64,000 nt of DNA from assembly GCF_006345805.1 (NCBI RefSeq), contig NC_042997.1, positions 189,162,001-189,226,000 of the forward strand. Reading direction: 5' to 3'. Source of the DNA: Octopus sinensis (lineage: Eukaryota). The translations under genes and the position numbers were made by a program. How positions within the stretch are numbered: position 1 is the first letter of the stretch; the number at the start of each line of letters is the position of its first letter. Shown here in pieces: positions 26,378 through 40,221 of this stretch. Below the pieces are notes generated by a model. That model did not search any database and had not been told where the DNA came from. It was given only the letters and a program-made list of their open reading frames with translations.

Positions 26378-26453
<76 letters not shown>

Positions 26454-26479
26454 GTTGTTGTTGTGTGTTGTTGTTGTTG

Positions 26480-26519
<40 letters not shown>

Positions 26520-26532
26520 ATTATTATTATTA

Positions 26533-26581
<49 letters not shown>

Positions 26582-27669
26582 TCAAGTTGGAAGTTATATA
26601 AGGAAATCATAATGTCCGTATTTATTCTCAAAGTATTTGTATTTGTTTGCCAAACGAAACTTGAAACATATTCTAAAACGTAAACCTGTTTCGAGACGTA
26701 CATTATTAGAATGCTATTATATTTCCTATGATTCATGTATTCTCTTCAGGAAAATATGTAATTAGTTGCATCTAGATATGAGCCAACACTTTACGGTGGA
26801 AATTAGCAATGCGGGTTCAAATCTCGATCGAGCTAATTCCCTCAACACTTTCAGTCTACGGTCTCAATAATTTCCATCTCAGTAATTTCTCTCAGCTATT
26901 TCCATCCGTGGTCCACAACATTGAGAGGGATGGATTTCACCATTCTGAAATGTTATTGACATTATATAAATAACGCCTTAGTTGGTCACCAAATAGCAAG
27001 CGAGCTAATGAAGGAGCGGGCTTTGAGGTCATTCGACTTGCTATAATTCGCAGCCAAATTCCCGTCAACGAACACCCTACAGTCTTATAAAAGTGAAGAC
27101 AAACTGGATAATGTAGTCTTAACTACATTATATAACAAAACAATATGCTCATGATTGGATGAGCTTTGATCAGGTATGTTGATTCAAAGTTGACAAAGAA
27201 CTATATTAAAACAACAGCTAAACGACTATTGCAAGGAAATATTGAAAATTCCAATGTTCATGACTTTCTCCAGGAAAATGTCTCGCATAGGTATCATTGC
27301 AAATGCCAGAGATGCACCAGCAGTCGCCCAGAAAACGATTCTGTAACTCTGTTTCAATGTTCTTTCAAAACTAGTAAACCCCATTTACGAAAGGCATGGA
27401 AGTCGCAATTTCCTACTTCCTCCGTGAGATAGAATTTAAGAGATTTGTGCCCTGTCAACAATATTCTTACAATGGTGAGGAATTCCAATGGTCCCGAGAA
27501 TAAAATACTAGCTTGTTATTGAGTGTAGATTCGCACATCTTCACTTACAAAATATTTACTTGTGACAGGTTTCTCTGAATCAAAATCGCATTTCGTGACT
27601 TGCCTAATATGAGTTAGGAATGAAGTGAGCATATTTCATTTTTCTACAACTAGAGAATGGGATCATCCA

Positions 27670-28040
27670 TGCATCCTTCCATCCATCCATCCATCCATCC
27701 ATCCATCCATCCATCCATCCATCCATCCATCCGTTCATCCATCCATCCACCCATCCATCCATCCAACCATCCGTTCATCCATCCATCCATCCATCCATCC
27801 ATCCATCCGTTTTCTCCGGCTATTATTCCTGAGAGGATCGTAGAACTAGATTCCTCAGATGACTCCTTCACAGGGTCCTAGCAGAAGCAACTGAAGCTAT
27901 GGATATCATCCAACCATCCCGTTCTTGGTCTGGGTATAGATCTCTCACCGGGTGGCTCGACTTGAAGAATCCGTTTTGCGAGTCTTTCCTGCAACATTCT
28001 AATGACAAGTCCGTAGTTCCGGAGCTATGACCTCAGGAGT
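27670..28040 (-). mobile_element. RTE-type LINE 3' remnant with (GGAT)n tail
   Basis: Minus strand reads LRNYGLVIRMLQERLAKRILQVEPPGERSIPRPRTGWLDDI, resembling the LRWYGHVxRM..GxRxRGRPRxRWxDxI C-terminal motif; the (TCCA)n tract at 27670-27807 abuts its 3' end. Confidence 0.75.
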
Positions 28041-29059
28041 ATTAGTGTAATAATTAAAGGAAGTTGTCTTCAACCAGAAAGCGAAACCAGTCCGCGCTTT
28101 GCTTCGGTTTATCGAAACCTTATTTTTTTGCCTCAAAATGAATTTTACCGATTGCATCAACAACTTCAGTAAACAATCAATGCACGCCATTTTCTGCATT
28201 TCATTTCTCCATATTAGCCGTTTCCGCGTTTCATTTATCTAAATTTTCAAATTTCACGGTGAAGCAAATTTCTTGATTTCGAAAATGGGGAAATCCTTTT
28301 AATTGTTTAAAATACATCTATTCTAACAGATGACGAAGATAAAGGGGGAAAAGTAAGGTAAAATGAATGGAAAAGGAAAAAAAAAAACAAAAAAAAAACG
28401 ATACAGAGGAAGAAACGGTATGGCAGAACCAGAGAGTGAGGGATATGGAAAAAAAAAACCCCAGAAAAGAAAGAGTAGTCGACAAGGTTGGGGGCGGAAG
28501 AAGAAAACGATTAGAAAAAGATGGAGTAGAAAAATATGCACAAAAAAGAAAAAAGATGAGAAGAAATAAGAAGAAAAAGTGGAAGAGAGAAAGGAAGATA
28601 AAGACGAAGAAAAGTGGTAGGTCCTATAACGTTTCCTCTTCTACTTGAGAAACTCAAATGAGGTGATGAACAATGGGTAAAGAAGTGAGGGAAGAAAGAA
28701 AAGAAGAGACGAAGGAAGTGGAAGAAGAGATAGTCCGCTATGATGAAACAACACTTCTTTCTATTTATAGTTTCGATCATTTGATTTTATTGGAGTTATC
28801 TCCCATGCTTGTTGTTCTTAGATTTTAAAGACTACCAGCTAAATGTGCGTCTCAAAGACGAGTCTTTCTTATTAGGAAATGATGGATTCTCCTGTCGTAA
28901 ACGACTAACGAGGGTTTCGCAATTCCTTGCTAACAACCTACATAGATGATTTGTTTTATAGTGGTCAAATTTTTTGCTGCATATTAGCCCACCCGCTCCA
29001 TCAAATCAACATTGCCTGTAGAGACGCCCGGTGTGCTAAACGTAAGATGTCTACAAGAT

Positions 29060-29175
29060 CGCAGACCAACGTGAAATGAAATGATTTGCTTATGAGCACA
29101 GCACCACCGCTCAATCCAGGAATCAAACCCACAATCTTGCAATCGTGAGTACAGCACCTTAACTACGAGGCCAAA
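29060..29175 (-). mobile_element. Old SINE family C fragment (tRNA head)
   Basis: Similar to 55120-55240 (CAACGTGAAATGAA..TTTGCT..CCAGGAATC.AA.CCACAATCTT). Confidence 0.55.
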
Positions 29176-29744
29176 TAGGTTAGTATAGATGTCAGATAAG
29201 TCAGCATCGAATCAACGACGCCAAATAGGCGGCACCGAAACGGCTGTGCCTAAACGTCTCATAGCCGTTCATTTTCTCTTTCCAGAACGTTGTCCCTCTA
29301 TAAATTCACCCTACATCTGTCTTTCCAGAAAATCATTGGCCTGCAACAGCTTAAGCGGAACACATATGGCATCAACCGCAACCTCACTGATCTAGGAAGA
29401 CCTGTGAAGACCATGGATATACACAACTCCGCATACAGACCAAACTAATACAAATAAATAAATAAAGAAGTTAATCGATGTTTTTCCGTCCACCATATCA
29501 TATATTTTATACTTATTACATATCTGTAATTAATATGCGGAATACCCATATGAGGTAGCTTCTCTCAACCTTATTGACGATATTCATAATTAGCGTCACT
29601 TCACTTCTCTAACCTGCAAATCTCTCTGCACGCAAGTTAAGATTGTATTATGCAGTCTTATGATGCAACAAATTCAAAATAATTTGAATCGTGCAATTGA
29701 CCCACTTGAGTTATTTCTCATAGCTCTTTGTATATATACATATT

Positions 29745-29900
29745 GGGGCTGGCCAGATTGGAGCAATCTCAAGATTAATCAACCGAAATTGTGAGGATGA
29801 TCAGGTTCTTGACTGAAGATTGAAGGCTTCGAACTGTGTTTTTGTATCGTCTTCTGAATGTTTTGCGTTCTTGTCCCATTTTGTATTTTTATATATATAT
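29745..29900 (+). mobile_element. (TA)n-associated Penelope-like terminal module
   Basis: GGGCTGGCCAGATTGGAGCAATCTC.AG..TAA.CA.CCGAAATTG..GATGTTTTGCGTTCTTGTCC.ATTTTGTATT is shared with 63345-63555; ends in (TA)n. Confidence 0.55.
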
Positions 29901-29929
29901 ATGTATAGCGGCGTATGTACCCTTTGTTC

Positions 29930-29980
<51 letters not shown>

Positions 29981-30565
29981 ATATAATATATATATATATA
30001 CACATACACACATACACACACACACACACACACGTATGTATGTATGTATGTATGTATGTATGTATGTATGTATGTATGTATGTATGTATGTATTTCTCCC
30101 TCTCCCTCTCTCTCTCTATCTATATTTAGTGGTGCTACGTCATAAATATCTGGTTACTCCCACGGAAAGACGGCTGCCGTTAACGTGTTAATTCTCAACT
30201 GAACGACTACCGAACTACTTACTAACCCGCATCAATACCCCCAACCATACAAGCAGCTTGCAGACATAGTGGCAACAGTTTCATGCGAACATCCTGTCCG
30301 AGCGCGTGGGCCAAAGAATAAAGAAAAAAGAACTGATGTCGCTTTTGGACCAATAACACCACATGACCTGAGTTGACCAACAGGGCCTAACATCAAGAAG
30401 CTATCTTCAATTTGTCTCAAATCGTATTACTCTTCTCTCGTTATCTGATGAGGTGGGCTTGTCCCACGAGCCCGCGAAACTTGAAATCGTATGTAGCTGA
30501 GTCAAGCTATTATTAAACAACAACAACAACAACACACACGCGCACACACACACACACACACACAC

Positions 30566-30596
<31 letters not shown>

Positions 30597-30747
30597 TCTA
30601 GCAAAAACTGTCCGACGAACGGGAACGTGAAACTCAGAGTAACAGGTTTTGTTGAATTTTCTGCTGCTTTAAATAAAGCATATTACTCTACCACTGGTAT
30701 TTGAGTACTCTTTTTTCCACCTTGTTTCACATTTATGTGTTTACTGC

Positions 30748-30812
<65 letters not shown>

Positions 30813-31111
30813 CATCTGTGTGTGTGTGTACATGTGCATGTCTATATACATACACACGAATATATATACGTGTGTATGCGTGTGTTTGAGTGTGGAGGTG
30901 GAATTGTTGTGTGCGTGTGTGTATATACCATCTAATGCTGCCTGGTTGCCAAAATTGCAAAACTTTGCAAAATAGAATCAACCAAATATTAAACTACTCT
31001 CGAACGTTATACTTCGGCAGCCATCATTCTTGCATAAGAATACGTAATACCAAATGAAGTCCTCTGAAAGCAGGAGTTGTACAATCTCTGCGCAAGTTTG
31101 TTTCAAATACC

Positions 31112-31490
31112 TTTTCTACTTTAGGCACAAGGCTCGAAATTTTTGGGGAGGGGGCCAGTCGATTAGATCGACCCCAGTACTCAACTGGCTCTTAATTTAT
31201 CGACCCCGAAAGGATGAGAGGCAAAGCTGACCTCGGAGGAAGTTTGTTTCAAATGCCACCGAAACGGAGAGCATAATTTCCTCTTTAGTTGTACTGCATT
31301 TACAAGCTGGCAAGCTGGCAGGATCGTTAGAGCGCCGGGCAACATACTTAAAGGCATTTCATCCGTCTTCAATGTCCTGAGTTCAAATTCCGCCGCAGTC
31401 GACTTTGCCTTTCATCTTTCGGGTTCGATAAAATAAGTACTAGTTGAGCACTGGAGGTGAGGTGGGTGGGCGTCGATGTAATCGACTTAA
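31112..31490. mobile_element. Two SINE family B copies head-to-head (minus ~31112-31250, plus ~31312-31490)
   Basis: The family B core occurs in both orientations. Confidence 0.75.
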
Positions 31491-31639
31491 CCACTAATCT
31501 GCTATTTTTGTGTCAAAATTTGAAATTTATATATATACACACACATATATATATGTGTGTGTCGGTATGAAACTATTCATGCTTGTATGTATACATGCGC
31601 TTTATTTTAAATTTTTGTTAGTATATGTACTAATATATA

Positions 31640-32040
31640 GGCGTAGGAGTGGCTGTGTGGTAAGTAGCTTGCTTACGAACCACATAGTTCCGGGTTCAAT
31701 CCCACTGCGTGGCACCTTGGGTAAGTGTCTTTTACTATAGCCTCGAGCTAACCAAAGCCTTGTGAGTGGATTTGGTAGACGGAAACTGGAAGAAGCCTAT
31801 CGTACATATGTATATATATATGTATGTGTATATATATGTTTGTGTGTCTGTGTTTGTCCCCCCAACATCGCTTGACAACCGATGTTGGTGTGTTTACGTC
31901 CCCGTAACTTAGCGGTTCGGTAAAAGATACCGATAGAATAAGTACTAGGCTTCCAAAGAATAAGTCCTGGGGTCGATTTGCTCGACTATAGGCGGTGCTC
32001 CAGCATGGCGGCAGTCAAATGACTGAAACAAGTAAAATAA
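31640..32040 (+). mobile_element. SINE family A, full length
   Basis: GGCGTAGGAGTGGCTGTGTGGTAAG..GACTGAAACAAGTAAAATAA. Confidence 0.88.
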
Positions 32041-32603
32041 TTACTTTACTTCATTTATCTATGCGTCTGCGTGTGTGTGCCTGTCATTCTAGCTCTCCCG
32101 TTCAGCCATCTTTCTGCTTGCTTGTTTAATTGCCTGTTAACTTGTTACACTTGAACAATAAACAATCTTACCACTAGAAACGGTAATAGTTTCTTCATAA
32201 TTACGGAAAGATACATACGGTAGTTACGTATGTATGTAGAAACAGAGTGAAATATAGATAGATAGAAAAAATAGACACATAGGAGCTATGGAGAAAGAAC
32301 GTTAGGTTTTGGTAAGAAAGACGTAAATGTGCGCAACTGACAATCAAGATGAGCAGAAAGAAAATGATTAAAGAAAGAGAGAGAATGTTGTGAGAGATGA
32401 CGAGAGATAAGGAGAAGTAATGAGCGAAAAATATAACGTGAATGAACACAATAAAAGGTGTAGGAGAGCAATATGGGTGGGAGAAACAGAGAGAGACGGA
32501 TTCGTTTCTTAAGCATTCATATTTTCAAAGACAGAAAATTTAGAAAAAAAAAAATTATTCTGACAAGAACATCTATGTCTTATCTTTGTCTTATCCACCG
32601 CCT

Positions 32604-32646
<43 letters not shown>

Positions 32647-32753
32647 CCTCTCTCTCTCCCTCCACACACACACACCACACACACACACACACACATATAT
32701 GTAAATATATATACTTGGAAATGGATGCGTGGCGTTCATTCAAATAATAATAT

Positions 32754-32840
<87 letters not shown>

Positions 32841-32842
<2 letters not shown>

Positions 32843-32965
32843 ACTTGTTTCAGTCATTTGACTGCGGCCATGCTGGAGCACCGCCTTTAGTCGAGCAAAT
32901 TGACCCCGGAACTTATTCTTTGTAAGCCCAGTACTTATTCTATCGATCTCTTTTTGCCGAACCGC
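32841..32965 (-). mobile_element. SINE family A 3' fragment next to (TA)n
   Basis: TTACTTGTTTCAGTCATTTGACTGCGGCC..GCCGAACCGCTA. Confidence 0.8.
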
Positions 32966-33187
32966 TATAGATACGCATATATGGGTACAGGACGTCACAA
33001 AAGTAAACAACATGAAATACGAAAACAAAAGAGTTGAATACGCAAACAACGAGAGAAACAAATGGAAAACAGGACAAGTAACACAAAGAATGACCCTTCA
33101 TCAGTTGTCGGTTGTCCATCTATTCTTCATTTCGAGCATTGAACGACGCTGTATGTCCTGTTCCCATATATGTATATATATATATAT

Positions 33188-33219
<32 letters not shown>

Positions 33220-33441
33220 GTGTGTGTGGTGTGTGTGTGTGTGTGTGTTGTGTGTGTGTGTGTGTGTACGTACGTATATATATATATATATATATATATA
33301 AGCATATATATATATAAGCATATATACATATTATATATATATATATATGTATTTTTTAAAATACAAATAAATGAAAGAATGGAGTTGAACGACGAATTAA
33401 CAAAATTCCTTTATTTTATTTTCGACATATGTTTCGAAGGC

Positions 33442-33493
<52 letters not shown>

Positions 33494-34674
33494 TATATAT
33501 ATATTATATATATACACAAACAGGCACACACGCATATAATTCCCCATCTTTTTCAGGGATCTTACATATATATATATATATGTATATATGTATAGGGAGA
33601 GAGAGACAGAGAGAAAGAGAGACAGAGAGAGAAAGATAGAGAGAGAGAGGAGGAAAACGAAGCTTTAAATGATGTATACTCCTGATGTCTTTGGACTAAT
33701 ATGGTTTGTGTGTGCATGTTTGTGTGTGTGTTTGAGTATGAACCAAATTCAGTAAGGCACACATACACAACACACACTAGGACTGCTGCCGAATGCCTGG
33801 TCAAGTATAAATGTATGTATGTATGTATGTATGTATGTTTGTTTGTTAACAGCATGGTATCACTCAGTGGCAGTCTACAGCGGATGGGTGTTGTAAATTG
33901 AAGGACAGGCGTAACTGAGGATGAAGGGGCTCATTATATCATGTTACCAACACTTCTATGGAATATAAAATGCGTCTCTTCCACTAGAACATGAACCAGA
34001 ACGAAGCAAGTAAATAAAATACATAAAGACTATTATACACTTCTGCCCCCGACGAACCTCCTTCTTGCCAACATAAACATATATAAACGCGCGAGCGTAC
34101 ACACACACACACATACACACGTGAATATACGTACCCTTACATACCAAATTAAATTAAACAAACCAAGTACTTGTTGAATGCTTTGCGGATGGGAATTTTA
34201 CTGCAAAGAATATGGAGTTGGCCACTGAAAAGGTAATTCCATAGCAGACATATTGCTAGTTTCCTCGAAGTCACACATTTAAACCAATATGGACGAGAGT
34301 GACTTAGCGGTTCGGATAAAAAAAAACGACGTGAGTAACTTAGCGGTTCGAGAAGCAAAATTACTGGGCTTAAACAAATAAGTACTGGGGCTAATTTGTT
34401 CCTCTAAATCCTTCAAGGTGCTGCCCCAACATGGTCGCAGTCCAATTACTGAAACAAGTTAAAAATAAAAGAGAAGCTCAAATATGTTTGTTACGGGGAA
34501 TTGTTTCTGAAACGTTCATATTTGAAAATGCAGAATATTTGAATAAATTTTGCTCTAACAAACAAGATCATCTTAAAGATGGTATGAATTAGGATCGTCA
34601 AAATGCAGAGATTCACCACGCCACCATCTATATGCACACACACATATATATATATATATGTATATATATATATT

Positions 34675-34870
34675 TCGCCATGATAGATCGCTAGCCACTA
34701 CACATTCTTTATTTTCTCTCCTTGTTTCTTTCTGTGTTCCTTTCTGTGGAAGAGCCTAGGCTCGAAACGTTAAAGACTTTTCACTTCCCGAGCGTTATAC
34801 TAATACATCTGTTTATTGTCTACACCACCTGTCTTAGTCGTTTGTTTTTTTGTGAATTCTCCCTATATAT
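34675..34870 (+). mobile_element. (TA)n-flanked Penelope-like terminal module with hammerhead-like motif
   Basis: Homologous to 39290-39490 (minus), 55490-55720 and, more loosely, 38085-38290; contains CTGTGGA-A-GAGC-CTAG-GCTC-GAAAC-GTT. Confidence 0.6.
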
Positions 34871-36578
34871 ATATTTATATATAGTTATATGTACCTGTAT
34901 ATATATGTATATGCACATATATTTATGTATATCTTGCTATCTTTTTATCTGTCTGTATCTAATTTGAAAGTATAATTCTTTACACTATTTTCCCTTCTCT
35001 TTATGTACTCTCTCACACACACATTTATTATAACCATCTGTGTTTCATACTTAAAGTACACACGCTGTCGGTGGGCCAGCTACTGCAGTATCTGTCCTGA
35101 AATATCTCTTAAAAACACAATAAATATTAAAGAAAGACGAAAATTCATCTCAAAAGCGGCCATCGAGAGCACCAGATGCATTTCAGCCTTTTCTAAGGAC
35201 AATCACCTGACAACACTAATCAATGTGATCTTGTCTTCGTAAGGCAGTATAATATGGCTTGGGGCATATTTTGAAACTATTGTTAGACGATCCGGTCGAC
35301 CACATAGAGATTCCGTAAGTTTTTGCGTCGTGGTTGAATTTGCTTTTCAATCCCCGAGAAGCAATAAGCTATCTTCTGATATGAAGCAATATAAAGGCAA
35401 TATAAGCTATTTTCTCATAAATGTAGCCTTATATTCATAACAATATAAATAAAAGAATAAACAAAAACAAAAATTAAAATCTTTTGCACACAATATTGCT
35501 ATTTAGACGTTTTGCACTGATCCCTGAAACTTCCCATAGAACCATTCGTTATAATCAGATGATGATGATGGTGATAATATTTGCACTGACCTAAAGGTCG
35601 CTGCCTATCTAATCTAATTCATTCAAAGAAGAGACATTGGAGAAACAACCATGTAACAGAGCTTTATATTTATTACGAAATATAATGAGCAAATTCTCGG
35701 GTGGGGTGAATGTATGTCAAAATTCCTGGTGATTAATTTATTCGTTCAGACGTATCTTATTTTAGCATTTCCGTTTTTTCTGTTCATTGTCAAGTGCATG
35801 TATTTATGTGTGAGTATCAGAGAGAATATTTTATGTGTGTGTCTGTTCTGTTTGTGTTAGCGTGTGTATGTATTTCTACTTGTATATTTATTTGTTGCCG
35901 TGTATGTACATCAGTTGTTCTTTGTATATGCATATATGTCAACACACCATGCAGTAAAGAAAAGCTAAAGAAAATGAAAGGTTGTTTGTGCTTCATATAA
36001 GTGGTAAGGTAATACGACAGCACATTTTTGCCAAGCCATTTTAATCACAAGGAAAACTATCTTATAAGGAAATGGGAAATACAAGGTGTTTTTCTATCAA
36101 ACGATGTCATGAGACTCCAGTGAAAACATAAACCGAAGAAGATGAAAATAAACTAATAGGATATTACAATGTTGCAATGTATCAAACAAAATCCTGTAAT
36201 AATAGTAAAATAATTAAGTTTACAAAAGAATTTCTGTGTGATAGAAATCTGATAAACTATTTTGAGAATAGGAAAGATGTAAATAATTATACAAAAAAAA
36301 AAAAAATTGTTGGTTTTGTTTGTCTCTCTGACAAAAACCAGAACAATAGCATTGTGTGTGAGAGATGTTGAATTATAAAGTTACATTTATCTAAACATTT
36401 TTCTAACGATATGTGTAGACTCAAGAATTTATTTAATGCTGAATGAAAATAATATACACATGTTATGGGGTACAACATTTAACTCTTGATAGAGAAACTT
36501 TTCCGTTTAAGATTTTGTTGGACAGTATGACTATAGAGATAGTGTGACCCTAACGGCTTTTGCGTTAGAATCATTACA

Positions 36579-36860
36579 CAGTGGAATCTCGGTTTACAAA
36601 ACACCTCCTCATGAACCAATCAGTTTATAAACAATTTTTCAAACAAAACGTTTCGGGTGACGAACTGTGTCTCGAGCAACGAACACATATGCCGGCAACA
36701 ATGTTTGGTGACAATCTGGGAGTATCAGCAGGAGAGTGTCAGTTGTTGTCTAGCTCGGTGCACATACTTGCTTGAATTCGCCGTGTCTTCACTTCACGAA
36801 AATTTTGGGTGAAGAACGTCTTTCAAGAACGAATTAAATTCGCAAACCAGGGTTTCACTG
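36579..36860 (+). mobile_element. Tigger/pogo-like MITE
   Basis: TIRs CAGTGGAATCTCGGTTTAC / GCAAACCAGGGTTTCACTG followed by TA; second copy at 43894-44194. Confidence 0.75.
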
Positions 36861-37821
36861 TATCTCCTTGATTAACACAATTACGATTCAGATAGTTTGA
36901 CATCAAGCAAGAGCCATGCTATTTTCCCATGGCGAAGAGAGTGCGATGGTGGCATAGTTCTTATTGGATGGCAAAATCATATCAGACGAGCAAAGAAAGC
37001 AGATCATCCTAATCTCAGACTGCACTCTGAGGCTGATGTTATATGAATGAAACACAAACAAAAGTATGCTATTACACATTATCTAACTGGGGCATGTCAG
37101 AAGTCTAGAGATCCTAGATTCATTGATACATACATACATACATACATACATACATACATACATACAAACTTATATGTATGTGCATATATATAAAACGACT
37201 CACACATACAGTTACGATGTTGCATTAAGAAATTTTTAAGCAGATGCAGTGCAATGATGTTTTTCTCTAAGTCTTGAGATTCATGTTTTCTGAAAGTTAT
37301 CTTAGAAACATTACTTCAAGAGAGGAATCTTAAAGTAACACTGTTAATCTTAGCAAACAGACAGCAATATCATATATATTACACCATATTCACAAGGCCG
37401 CCGTTTCGGTAATAACTTCGTCATTTTCTTTATTGACTAAAGACATGCATTTCATTGTGCAACCAATTCCCTTTAGGCTAGAGATGAATCGAGACACCAT
37501 ATCCCTGAATATTGTAGGAGTTTCATTTAAGGTTAAGCTCTTGCGGCAGAACTTAATCAGTTTAACACTACTAGCAGGGTGGCTTTGAGTGGAGTCTACC
37601 TAGCTATCAGCATTTGGATCAGGTCTCCAGTCTTAGGGTATAACTCAGTATAATAATGAACTGCTTCAAACACTATTTATATATATTATCGTATATATCT
37701 ATACAAAAAGCAATAAAGATTCAAGTTAATTTAAATGAATTTACTTGAATATGGTACCTAACTTAGATGCACCAAAAAACTATACTGTTTTAACAATACA
37801 AGTAATGTGGGGTGATTATAA

Positions 37822-37999
37822 GCGAGAAAGAAGCAACAAGAATGGATAGGTTTTTAGTACAATCGTTTCATACAAGGACAGGCTTTATTAAAAGTTGCAA
37901 AAATTACAGCATTGTAATTTTTGCAACTTTTAATAAAGCCTGTCCTTGTATGAAACGATTGTACTAAAAACATATCCATTCTTGTTGCTTCTTTCTCGC
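37822..37999. repeat. Near-perfect palindrome: 87-bp arms, 4-nt loop (GCAT), one mismatch
   Basis: 37822-37908 is the reverse complement of 37913-37999 except GATAGGTTTT versus GATATGTTTT. Confidence 0.95.
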
Positions 38000-38000
38000 G

Positions 38001-38057
<57 letters not shown>

Positions 38058-38084
38058 ACATATATATATTATATTTAGTGTGAC

Positions 38085-38290
38085 CGCATGTGTATCGGTG
38101 ATTTTTCTTCCTCCGTCTTACCTTCCTTAGATCTTTCCTTTTTCTATGTTTCTGACGAAGAGCTCCGCCCGAAACGTTAAATCCTCCTTCTTTCCTTCCT
38201 TTCATGAGCGTCCAATAACACTATACTTGTTCCACGTCCTCGCGTTGTTATGTTTTCTCTTTGAGTTTTCATGTTTGGATTAACTATATA
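38085..38290 (+). mobile_element. (TA)n-flanked Penelope-like module with intact hammerhead core residues
   Basis: CTGACGA-A-GAGC-TCC-GCCC-GAAAC-GTT at 38152-38178; (TA)n on both sides. Confidence 0.6.
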
Positions 38291-38461
38291 TATATATATA
38301 TGCTAATATGTAATTAATGATGTTGAACAAATGAGAAGGGAGTGCTCAATATATGCTACAGAGAATATGGTGTTTTAAAAATTAAGCCTGATGCTGAGAG
38401 TTTATTTCGCGACTCGAGTTTCCCGCCAGCGCGATCATCAGACGAAACCGGATGAGTTATA

Positions 38462-38528
<67 letters not shown>

Positions 38529-38689
38529 ATGCATATATGTACGTGTATACACACACGCATATATATATGTATATATGTGTATATACGTGTGTGTATATTT
38601 ATATGTGTGTATGCAAACACACACACACATATATATGTATGTATGCACACATATGCACACGCAAACTCTCACACATACACACATATAAT

Positions 38690-38925
38690 TACCTATTTCT
38701 TTATTACCCACAAGGGGCTAAACACAGAGGGGACAAACAAGGACAGACATAGGTATTAAGTCGATTACATCGACTCCAGTGCGTAACTGGTACTTAATTT
38801 ATCGACCCCGAAAGGATGAAAGGCAAAGTCGACCTCGGCGGAATTTGAACTCACAACGTAACGCAGACGAAATACCGCTAAGCATTTCGCCCGACGAGCT
38901 AACGATTCTGCCAGCTCGCCGCCTT
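38690..38925 (-). mobile_element. SINE family B
   Basis: Near-consensus copy with the CCCACAAGGGGCTAAACAC tail. Confidence 0.88.
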
Positions 38926-39239
38926 TACATCTATATACATATGTGCATGTGTGTAAAGAAAAAGTTGGTGAAACTACTGAAAACAACATTCTCCTGTCTA
39001 GTGATGCTCTAAAAATGTGTTAATTCATGTTCTTCTTTATTTCGATTTCATGTTTGTCTTTCTTCCAGTCTTATTCATGCAAGAAAGAACATAAGATACA
39101 TTTCATATAAAAAAAAACACTCAATGGTTGGTAATTCTGCTGAATTTATTGAGTGATTTCATTGCGTTTAAGTGTGTATGTTTATATGTGAGTACGTGTA
39201 TGTGCATGTATACAGATATACGTTCTTATATATATATAG

Positions 39240-39289
<50 letters not shown>

Positions 39290-39292
<3 letters not shown>

Positions 39293-39490
39293 GAGAATTC
39301 ACAAAAAAACAAAACAAAAAAAACAAAGACGAAGACAGGTGGTGTAGACAACAGAGAGATGTATTAGTATAATGCTCTGGAAGTGGAAAACTCTTTACCG
39401 TTTCGAGCCTATGCTCTTCCACAGAAAGGAACGCAGAAAGAACAAGGAGGAGAAAATAAAGAATGTGTGTAGTGGCTAGCGATCTATCAT
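39290..39490 (-). mobile_element. (TA)n-flanked Penelope-like module
   Basis: Reverse-complement homologue of 34675-34870. Confidence 0.6.
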
Positions 39491-39510
39491 ATATATATAA
39501 TATATATAAT

Positions 39511-39566
<56 letters not shown>

Positions 39567-39614
39567 TATGCATATGTATATTTATATATACATAAATTTA
39601 TATATATATATGCA

Positions 39615-39650
<36 letters not shown>

Positions 39651-39993
39651 TGTCTGTGTATGCGTGCGTGCATGTGTGTGTATGCGTGTGTGTGCATGTG
39701 TGTGTGTGTATGCGTGTATGTATGTGTGTGTGTGTGTTTTATCACACGTTACCAACCAGCTTTTCTCTATTAAAGACTTAGGTTGGAGCGTCGAAATATT
39801 TATAGTTGTAAATTTTCGTTGGGCTCACTCGCAGTGTCTCCATTAAAACTTCTTTGAGCCATGTATGATGCACACTCTTATGTGCGGGTGTGTTGTGTCT
39901 ATCAGAGCACCTTAAGAGCGCTACTGGTAACATAGTTATTTTGGACACCTTGAAGGATGAAAAGCAGAATCTGTCAAAGGCCGGATGAATACA

Positions 39994-40221
39994 TATTTCT
40001 TTACTACCCACAAGGGGCTAAACACAGAGAGGACAAACAAGAACAAACGGTTTAAGTCGATTACATCGACCCCAGTGCGTAACTGGTACTTAATTTATCG
40101 ACCCCGAAAGGATGAAAGGCCAAGTTGGCCTCGGCGGAATTTGATCTCAGAACCTAACGGCAGACGAAATACGGCTACGTATTTCGTCCGGCGTGCTAAT
40201 GTTTCTGCCAGCTCGCCGCCT
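39994..40221 (-). mobile_element. SINE family B with 15-bp target-site duplication
   Basis: GGCCGGATGAATACA at 39979-39993 and ~40231-40245. Confidence 0.88.

Noticed and set aside
28323-28780. Lys/Glu/Arg-rich ORFs
   Set aside because: Purine-rich low-complexity DNA that is open in several frames by composition alone.
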